A stretch of DNA of 49,997 nucleotides. It comes from a virus (lineage: Duplodnaviria; Caudoviricetes). Both the position numbers and the translations under genes were made by a program. The stretch spans positions 1 through 49,997 of the IMG/VR virus record IMGVR_UViG_3300020235_000072; one strand, given 5' to 3'. Below the pieces are notes generated by a model, which saw only the letters and a program-made list of their open reading frames with translations, did no database searches and was not told the DNA's origin. Of this stretch, positions 1 through 6,575 are shown in pieces. Positions within the stretch are counted from its first letter, which is position 1. The number at the start of each line of letters is the position of its first letter.

Positions 1-106
1 GTCACCCCGTGCTTTACCGCCAGTCGAACCCAGTTGCGGCCCCAATCCACCCACCCTTGGCCTCCCCTAGCACATCACTACAATGTAGCAAAGTGCCGTG
101 CATTGT

Positions 107-154
107 GACATGGTGAGGGGTAGATGCACCCTGTCATCCGCCCACCCCCACGCC
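107..154 (-). other. Long imperfect hairpin, candidate RNase III-type processing site in the early transcript (second copy 49676..49723)
   Basis: GGCGUGG/CCAUGUC plus GGG(C/U)GGAUG/(C/U)AUCUACCC pairing, between an early ORF stop and the TLD RNA. Confidence 0.45.
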
Positions 155-400
155 TCAGTCATACCAGCCAGCAGCATACGCATCACATCGCTCCTCTATC
201 TGCCTCAGGTGCCACGCCTCAGCCTCCAGTGTCGAGGCCACGGCTATCCGTAGCCTCTCAGGCATCGACGGAGCAGGACGATAGGCCCATCCCGCTCCCG
301 CTATGGCTGCCCCCTTCATGCGTTGATCCATGCGGCTCTGCCTGTACACACGCAGCCTCTTGGGCATGCGGTGTATCACGTTACGCAGTGCTAACCCCAT
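155..400 (-). CDS. Hypothetical early protein, 81 aa (MGLALRNVIH...), allele 1
   Basis: GGAGGT SD upstream of ATG; most differences from the second copy are synonymous in this frame. Confidence 0.8.
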   Translation of the reverse strand: MGLALRNVIHRMPKRLRVYRQSRMDQRMKGAAIAGAGWAYRPAPSMPERLRIAVASTLEAEAWHLRQIEERCDAYAAGWYD

Positions 401-511
401 GACTCCACCTCCACGCACACAGCCCACAACACCACTATCACAAGCAGCATACCCATAGCACACCTCTTCGCCTCCAAAGGTACGGTTTCACACCCCCTGT
501 GGTGTGGGCAG

Positions 512-799
512 TCAGCCTGCCCAGTCAGATACAGGTCGCACCATGCGGACAGGTATGTCCACCACACCGGCCTGCATCTTGGCCCACCGTTCGGCCACGG
601 TGAGCCGTTCGCCCACCACCACCTTCTCCACACCCTTGCAGTTGGACCGGGTGATCTCACCCAGCCAGTACATGCACATCTCATCCGACTGAGCTACGCC
701 CAGCACCCCCGTCATCGTCCAGATACCGTACTGGCACAGGGCATCGGGGTAGGTGCGACCGTAGCAGAACGCCAGCCTGTCACTGTAGTCACCAGCCAT
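512..799 (-). CDS. Hypothetical early protein, 95 aa
   Basis: ORF with GAGGAG SD upstream, on the coding strand. Confidence 0.7.
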   Translation of the reverse strand: MAGDYSDRLAFCYGRTYPDALCQYGIWTMTGVLGVAQSDEMCMYWLGEITRSNCKGVEKVVVGERLTVAERWAKMQAGVVDIPVRMVRPVSDWAG

Positions 800-810
800 A
801 GCTCAACTCC

Positions 811-942
811 TCAGCCTCCGACTACGAAAGCATGAACGTGGTTCAGGTCATCCTCAACCCACGCTCCGTTACGGGCAGTGTCACCCGTGATGCTGATCAT
901 ATCAGCAGCACTGTCATTGTAGATCACCCAAAACACCTGCAT
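811..942 (-). CDS. Hypothetical small early protein, 43 aa (MQVFWVIYND...)
   Basis: Manually read ORF filling the gap; below ORF-track cutoff. Confidence 0.45.
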   Translation of the reverse strand: MQVFWVIYNDSAADMISITGDTARNGAWVEDDLNHVHAFVVGG

Positions 943-1116
943 TTGTATGATGTGCATAGCACACTCCACTAGAGTCAGGCCCCCAACCGCGTCCGTGTTC
1001 AGCGATAGCAGGGTTCAGGTATAGTGTAGTGAGTGTAACCCTATCGCGGACGGACAAACCACGACCACCCCCGTCAAGGGGTAGCGTGGCACTTCTCAAC
1101 GGGAGTCACGGTCAGG

Positions 1117-1209
1117 TCAGGCGTCCAGCCACACTGTCCGATAATCCACATCGTCAATCTTCGACGCATCGACGGCCAGCTTGAGCAGGCCAACGTATTC
1201 GTAGCCCAT
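1117..1209 (-). CDS. Hypothetical small early protein, 30 aa (MGYEYVGLLK...)
   Basis: Manual ORF with GGGAG SD and GC3-rich codons. Confidence 0.45.
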   Translation of the reverse strand: MGYEYVGLLKLAVDASKIDDVDYRTVWLDA

Positions 1210-1288
1210 AGGTACAACTCCCACGCCCCCAAGGTAAAGGCACGGTGGGGGCTTTCACCCCACGCGAGCCGGTCAACCCAAGCCCCGA

Positions 1289-1681
1289 TCAGCAGCCGAA
1301 GGCCAGCTTGTTGATCTGCTTGGCCTCAGTGGCCGTCAGGCGGGCCTTGAGGTTCCGGTTCAGGTTGCGGTTGAAGAACTGCAACCCTACGGTCTGCGGT
1401 GTGGCCTGTCCGGCCACGACACCGTTGGGCATACCCGTCAGGGCGGCCCACGCGATGTCCATCACGGCATCCAGACTGGACTGCGTGATGTCACGGTGTT
1501 CCCGCAACGCATCGAGAGACTCCGGGAAGATCCACCCCTCGGAGACATCACGAAGGGCCTTCTTGGCGATCTTCGAGGCGTCAACGAGCTGGCGGTACAC
1601 ACGGCCAAGGGTCCGAGCATCCTCTTTCGTGGCATCGCGGTTATCGACGGTCACGGCAACGCTCTTGCTCTGAGTAGTCAT
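1289..1681 (-). CDS. Probable first early gene, hypothetical protein, 130 aa
   Basis: AGGAG SD, high-GC3 codon usage, first credible ORF after the early promoter and leader. Confidence 0.85.
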   Translation of the reverse strand: MTTQSKSVAVTVDNRDATKEDARTLGRVYRQLVDASKIAKKALRDVSEGWIFPESLDALREHRDITQSSLDAVMDIAWAALTGMPNGVVAGQATPQTVGLQFFNRNLNRNLKARLTATEAKQINKLAFGC

Positions 1682-1689
1682 GGTTAGAC

Positions 1690-2410
1690 TCCTATGTTAT
1701 CAGAGACTGCGACACAACGCCGGTAAGCACGATACTTACCGGACGCATGAATAACCGGGGGGATCTTTCGACCCCCCCGGATCAGTGTCAAGCGTGTCCG
1801 ATAACCGTAGCTGCCGTTGCTATCCGGTTAGCCCTTTGAGAGGGGTGATTATCGGGCCGTCTATTATTCTCCCACGGCAGGGGAGGGTCACCGTTTATCG
1901 GTTTATATGCCACACGCCAGTCCGTGCCCATCGTTGTGGGTTATCGGCGGTTTCGAGCATCGTCGGTCACTGCTGACCCGTTACGAACGGTGTATTATCG
2001 GTCCCTTCCCGGTACTCACTGCCATCGGACTCCGTGTTATCGGACTTAGCGGTTTGCTTCCCGTATCCCGTATCCTTATCGGATGTAGGGGTGCTGATCA
2101 GGACTGATCGGCTTCGTTCTATGCTCTAGTGGCTGGCTGGTGTTCCCTTGCAGGTTCGCATTATCGGACTACGCGGCTTGGCCGCTGCCGATTCCTGTTG
2201 GGATACTGTACTCAATCCGGGAATATCCGTCCCCCGTTAGGGGTCCTGTTGTGACGGGCCATCGTGGCTGGCGGGGTCAGTAGGTGACTCGTGAGAGCCG
2301 ATAACTGGTGGTCCTCTTATCCCTTCTCTATTGCACACTGCGGTTTGCTTTTTCCAATCCCGTAGGATGGTAGTGGCTGGCCCGCTTCCGTCCGGCTGTT
2401 GACCCGGCGA
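1690..2410 (-). ncRNA. Candidate long structured leader or non-coding RNA
   Basis: No credible coding-strand ORF; many short hairpins, recurring GCCAGCCAC and AAGCAAACCGC motifs, 11-bp GAAA-capped stem at ~1755-1780. Confidence 0.5.
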
Positions 2411-2923
2411 CTCATATCATCGAATACAATCGGTCCCCTTGCAACACCTAATCGAAAAAGGTTAGGTCCGATAACGCTCCCGGCCCCTATCCTTTATAGT
2501 CGGCGGGAGATACCGAACAGGACCCGAACCCGCCGATAATCGTCCAGCGGAAGGGGTCGAGAAGGCCGTCCGATAACGGGTCCGATAATGTGTAGGATCG
2601 CTCCTGCGGGGTCCGTGCCCCTTCCCGGTGCTGGCGGGGGGTCCCGGCACGGACCCGGCACGGACCCCGTGCGGCCTTTGAGAGGGAATAGTCCGATAAC
2701 TCGCTGGACGCTGGATCGGCAGGGGGGCGGTTATTATCGGACGAAAAAGGCAGGTTATCGGACCATGCCTCGGCGTGCCAGCCGCTGATTATCGGACCCC
2801 CGTGAGATTATCGGACCATCCCCCCGGAAAGGTTATCGGACCCTGCGGCGGGCGGCGGAACGTCCGATAACGCGGCCCCCGGTTGTCCGATCTGTAGCGA
2901 TTCTGCCGGTTGCAGGTTATCGG
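1798..2923. repeat. Dispersed heptamer array TTATCGG/CCGATAA (often extended to TTATCGGAC), 21 copies
   Basis: Forward at 1849,1895,1941,1995,2037,2076,2161,2734,2755,2789,2808,2833,2917; reverse at 1798,2298,2468,2533,2570,2582,2693,2864. Confidence 0.9.
2416..2444 (-). promoter_or_regulatory. Sigma70-type host promoter for the early region
   Basis: -35 TTGCAA, 17-bp spacer, -10 GATGAT, pointing toward the early genes; position analogous to T7 A promoters. Confidence 0.6.
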
Positions 2924-3003
2924 ACGCGGGGGGGTCGGCGGGGGGTGCGGGGGGCGATCCTTGTTCAGATCCCCCCGCTTCCACACCCTACCCCCAGTCG
3001 ATC

Positions 3004-3396
3004 CTACATTCCGAGGAATTGCATGAACGCACCCCCTTGATTGACCCGTTGGCCCATCAAGGTGTCCACCAGACCAGTCCGCACCGTCGCTTGGGTGTCG
3101 TGGTCGGGTTGTTCGCGTCCGCTGAGGGTTTCCCCCAGCAACCACATGGAAAGGGCCTGATTGAAGTCTCTTGACTCGCCAGCGGTCAAGAAAGGCTCCC
3201 TTGGGTCCACGCGGGGGTCCTTCACCACCGGGGCGGGCTGCACGACCTCGTTAGGGTCCACTTCCCCTCGGCCCTCGGCCAAACTCTTCGCAACGGTCTC
3301 TTCGGCAGACAGTCCACTCCGTTTTACCTTGTCCACGACACCTGCGGTGTCAGTTGGGGGTTTTCCTTGCGTTGCAAGGGGTTGTCGGTGTGCCAT
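3004..3396 (-). CDS. Hypothetical protein, 130 aa (last late gene)
   Basis: GGAGGAG SD before MAHRQP start. Confidence 0.7.
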   Translation of the reverse strand: MAHRQPLATQGKPPTDTAGVVDKVKRSGLSAEETVAKSLAEGRGEVDPNEVVQPAPVVKDPRVDPREPFLTAGESRDFNQALSMWLLGETLSGREQPDHDTQATVRTGLVDTLMGQRVNQGGAFMQFLGM

Positions 3397-3397
3397 A

Positions 3398-3583
3398 TCA
3401 TCTCCTCCGGTTTTGTGCGAGCAGAGTACGCTCAACAGCCGCTCTTGCAGCAGCTTGGCCCTTTGCGGTGACCACGGTGCCCTGATCCTTCGCAATCTGC
3501 TTGACTTTCGCCAAATGTCGCATTACGAACGCTCTCTGGAACTGAGAGAGCGTTGGTTTCTTCTGTGATGCTGCCATCGTCAT
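3398..3583 (-). CDS. Hypothetical basic protein, 61 aa
   Basis: AAGGA SD; ATGA overlap with upstream ORF. Confidence 0.6.
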   Translation of the reverse strand: MTMAASQKKPTLSQFQRAFVMRHLAKVKQIAKDQGTVVTAKGQAAARAAVERTLLAQNRRR

Positions 3584-3753
3584 AATTCCTTTAGTGTGTC
3601 GATTGCATGTGCCCTTAGGCACAACTCGAAGAACTTCTGGAGGTCGGGGCGTCCAGTTTCGACCCCAAGCACCATCATGTGGGCTCGGCGGGTCTCTAGG
3701 CTCTCTTCCATCTTCCTTTTGACAGCCTCAGGCTTTCTCGGCCCTTTCGCCAT
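3580..3753 (-). CDS. Hypothetical protein, 57 aa (MAKGPRKP...)
   Basis: Coupled ORF overlapping the end of terL. Confidence 0.55.
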   Translation of the reverse strand: MAKGPRKPEAVKRKMEESLETRRAHMMVLGVETGRPDLQKFFELCLRAHAIDTLKEL

Positions 3754-5471
3754 GACTTCCTGCCCTTCCCCGCCATTTCCTTGTCCCACTGCTCGGCAGT
3801 AGCGACGGAGGCGGCTATATGTCTCTCGGCCTCCCTCTTGGAGGGATCGAGGACTACATGGGACACGAATTGGGTCACTGCACCGTAGCAGGCATCAATC
3901 TCGTCGTCGTAGCCAAGGGCACCACGGTCCCGGTTGAGATGAGTGAACTGGTAGAGGAAATTGCGTCTGTCGTCGTCATCCTTGCGATAAACGCATCGGG
4001 AGTGTACCACCAGTCGGTGGGACCCCACGATGGGCTCCAAGGTGTCGAGGATGCGAGTTTCCTTCTGCCCAGTGACGTAATTTAGCTCCACGCTCACTTG
4101 CCCGTTCCATTTGATGAGAATGGGCTGTAGGAGTTGGGCGTAGGCACTTTCTGTCTTGCTGCCTCCCCAGTTGGACTCCACGATGTACTTCTTGACGCCG
4201 TGCTTGAATCCCAGCCGTGAGAGCTTCTCCATGAGGGTTGCGGAGTTCCCACCCCGCATTCCGCCGCAGTCGAGGATGTAGATGATCCCATTGAGCACTC
4301 CCGCGACACAGTAGCCTATGCTGTCGGCCCCACCGCCTGCGGGGTCAATGTACATGAGGAGGTCGGTGTACTTCTCGTACTGGGGCTCTATGTGGCCGGG
4401 ACCACAGAAGTAGTCCTCTCCCAGTCCCCACGGGTGGAGATCGGGGATACGCTTGAGGATTCCGCCGTAGTAGATGTTGGTGGGGGCACAGTCGCTCGGA
4501 GCGTCGAATATGATCAGGTCCCTCAGCTTGAGGGGGAATCGTGCGGCGTCCGAGTAGCTGGGGTCCAGCAGCATCTGGAGAGCGTAGTACGCGAGGCCCT
4601 TGGCCTTCTTCTCGATGAGGCGTTCACGGGGGAACCTCTCCGGGTAGGAGGGGTCACCGGGGGACTCCCCGTCGTGTACCCGTTGCAGAAGCATGGGCGA
4701 GACATACTCGGCCTGCTCCCCAGCGGGGTCCACCAGTTCAGCGGGCCACTTGCGGATGGCGTAGCCCTTGTTGTCCAACTCGAAGTACACGGACTCCTCC
4801 GTCTGCGGGGTGCCCATGTACATGATGGTGCCGCCCTCAAGGATGAGGGACTCGCACTCCTGAACCTTCTTGATGATCTTCCGACGCTTGCCGGGGGTCC
4901 CTGAGTTCTCCGGGATCTCGATGTCGTCGGGGATGATGATGTCGGGGTGGGAGCCGGTCCAACCTCCGAACAGCGGGTAACATGCGAACGATGGGTCCTT
5001 GCCGGGGCCTGCTCCCCGGACATCGAACCTCGTCATCTTGTTCTGCTCCTTCGCCAACCCCCGAACCTTCTTGCCGTGGTGGAGTACCACATCGCTTTCA
5101 GGGTCAGGTCGCAGGTGGTGGAGGAGTTCGCAAGCATCCATGATCTGCTTCACCAACGACGCGGACTCTTCTGCCTTTACTCCGTTGGAGCAGATGAGGC
5201 AGACGCGGATCGTTGGATTGCAGTACCAGAGCCAGCAGCAGTATATACAAGAGATGACGGACTTCCCACATCCTCGCATGGCCTGTACCTGTCCTCGGCG
5301 GATGCCGTCCTGCGATTCGGGAAGGCCCCGCATCCAGTCCATGATGTCGTACTGGATGGCGTGAGGCTCCCCGAACTTGAGGATCTCCGTGAAGATCAGG
5401 TAGGCGAAGTTACGGAAGTCGTGAAAGGGGTCAGTCGTCGGATCGAGGTGACTCAGCTTCTGTGCCAGCAT
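3696..5471 (-). CDS. terL: Terminase large subunit (T7 gp19-like)
   Basis: Walker A AMRGCGKS, Walker B IIIPDDIE, YMGTPQT, nuclease motifs IDPAGGGAD and YDDEIDA; start set at MLAQKL. Confidence 0.96.
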   Translation of the reverse strand: MLAQKLSHLDPTTDPFHDFRNFAYLIFTEILKFGEPHAIQYDIMDWMRGLPESQDGIRRGQVQAMRGCGKSVISCIYCCWLWYCNPTIRVCLICSNGVKAEESASLVKQIMDACELLHHLRPDPESDVVLHHGKKVRGLAKEQNKMTRFDVRGAGPGKDPSFACYPLFGGWTGSHPDIIIPDDIEIPENSGTPGKRRKIIKKVQECESLILEGGTIMYMGTPQTEESVYFELDNKGYAIRKWPAELVDPAGEQAEYVSPMLLQRVHDGESPGDPSYPERFPRERLIEKKAKGLAYYALQMLLDPSYSDAARFPLKLRDLIIFDAPSDCAPTNIYYGGILKRIPDLHPWGLGEDYFCGPGHIEPQYEKYTDLLMYIDPAGGGADSIGYCVAGVLNGIIYILDCGGMRGGNSATLMEKLSRLGFKHGVKKYIVESNWGGSKTESAYAQLLQPILIKWNGQVSVELNYVTGQKETRILDTLEPIVGSHRLVVHSRCVYRKDDDDRRNFLYQFTHLNRDRGALGYDDEIDACYGAVTQFVSHVVLDPSKREAERHIAASVATAEQWDKEMAGKGRKSWRKGRESLRLSKGRWKRA

Positions 5472-5718
5472 CGGTGATCCTAAATGGGAGGGACAGCTTG
5501 GCCGCAATCCGCTCCATCTGCGAGCCGGGTATTGGAAGGGCTGTCACATCGTTGTCCTTGAGGAAGCGGAGGATAGCCTGCATCTGCCCAGCGGTGACCT
5601 CTTCGGCCTCGATCCACTTGAGCATCTGTCGGGCTGCCCCAGCATGAAGCTTGGCTTCCAGTTCCTCGGCTGACAGGCCGGGCTGGTCTAGGCTGTCCCA
5701 TTCCTGCGGTGATCCCAT
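5431..5718 (-). CDS. terS: Terminase small subunit (gp18-like)
   Basis: 95-aa helical protein with AILRFLKDNDV motif immediately upstream of terL. Confidence 0.8.
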   Translation of the reverse strand: MGSPQEWDSLDQPGLSAEELEAKLHAGAARQMLKWIEAEEVTAGQMQAILRFLKDNDVTALPIPGSQMERIAAKLSLPFRITDAGTEAESPRSDD

Positions 5719-6038
5719 TAGGCATCCACCGTTTGGAAGATGACACGCCCCACACAGGTGGAGGCCACAGTGGTTACTGAGAGTGCCTCATTATCCGCAA
5801 GCTCTGCCCAAGGGGACGGCGAGTACGGCATGATGACCTCCCGTGCAATCGTGGTGTTGTTCACTGGGATTCCTGCATCACCAATAACATCCACGGTAGT
5901 TGAGTGCAGCCGGAAGCTGCCTGTGGTATGGTTCGTCGCCGCGAAGATGGCGTGGATGCGGATCTTCTTACCTACGCCGGGGGCCGCGATAACCGTGGTG
6001 GTGGCCCCTGCGGGTCCGTCGATTCTAGCTGATGCCAT
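5718..6038 (-). CDS. Hypothetical beta-rich protein, 106 aa, possibly virion-associated
   Basis: Coupled ORF; beta-strand composition. Confidence 0.7.
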   Translation of the reverse strand: MASARIDGPAGATTTVIAAPGVGKKIRIHAIFAATNHTTGSFRLHSTTVDVIGDAGIPVNNTTIAREVIMPYSPSPWAELADNEALSVTTVASTCVGRVIFQTVDA

Positions 6039-6193
6039 CAGTCTTTCTCCATATCACGGAGTCTATATTCGTGGTCGTCCACCTTGCGAACGAGTCCATT
6101 GAGGCCCCGTTTGATGAAGCCCATTTCGTATGCGATCTTGAAGGTGGCGGCGAGGATGCCCCCGCCCACCACCAGTCCGATTGTCTCAAGCAT
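6038..6193 (-). CDS. Small single-TM plus coiled-coil protein, holin-like
   Basis: MLETIGLVVGGGILAATF hydrophobic N-terminus then charged tail; GGAGG SD; position of T7 gp17.5. Confidence 0.55.
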   Translation of the reverse strand: MLETIGLVVGGGILAATFKIAYEMGFIKRGLNGLVRKVDDHEYRLRDMEKD

Positions 6194-6575
6194 TGGCCTC
6201 CCTTGCGGCCTTCTCGGCCTTGAGTTCTGCGACCTCCACCCGGAGTTCCTCGCGGGCGATGTCGGAAGCCTTCCGCCGCTTCTCCAGAGCCATACGCCCG
6301 GCCTTAGCAGCACCGGCGACGGTGAGCCCTGAGGCCCCTGCACCGATCAGCAATGTCTGGATGAAGGGGCCGACCACGGGGATCATTCCCGCTGCACCGA
6401 TGAGGGCCTGCTCGCTAGTCTCCACCAGCACTCCCACAGGGATGCCGACGATGATCTCGCCGCTTGGCCCACGGGCCATAGAGCATCCGCTGAGTACGAG
6501 GGCGATGCCAGCGAGGCCGCAGATGACGAAGATGGCGAACGCCACACGTTGAATGAATCTCATTGTACTTTCCAT
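6186..6575 (-). CDS. Lipoprotein with downstream hydrophobic segment, candidate spanin
   Basis: Signal peptide ending in LSGC lipobox, second hydrophobic stretch, basic C-terminal tail. Confidence 0.55.
   Translation of the reverse strand: MESTMRFIQRVAFAIFVICGLAGIALVLSGCSMARGPSGEIIVGIPVGVLVETSEQALIGAAGMIPVVGPFIQTLLIGAGASGLTVAGAAKAGRMALEKRRKASDIAREELRVEVAELKAEKAAREANA

Larger units (their letters stand above)
1..428. repeat. Imperfect terminal overlap, copy 1 (matches 49570..49997)
   Basis: Manual alignment: 1-125 and 291-428 identical; 15 mismatches confined to 126-290. Confidence 0.95.

Noticed and set aside
1-428. Diverged repeat pair as a diversity-generating retroelement TR/VR
   Set aside because: Mismatches are not adenine-specific on either strand, many are synonymous, and no reverse transcriptase is present
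2040-2360. c-di-GMP-I riboswitch suggested by GCAAACC
   Set aside because: The following GNRA-capped stem and second hairpin of that family are absent
1798-2923. CRISPR array
   Set aside because: Repeat is only 7-9 bp, occurs in both orientations and has irregular spacing
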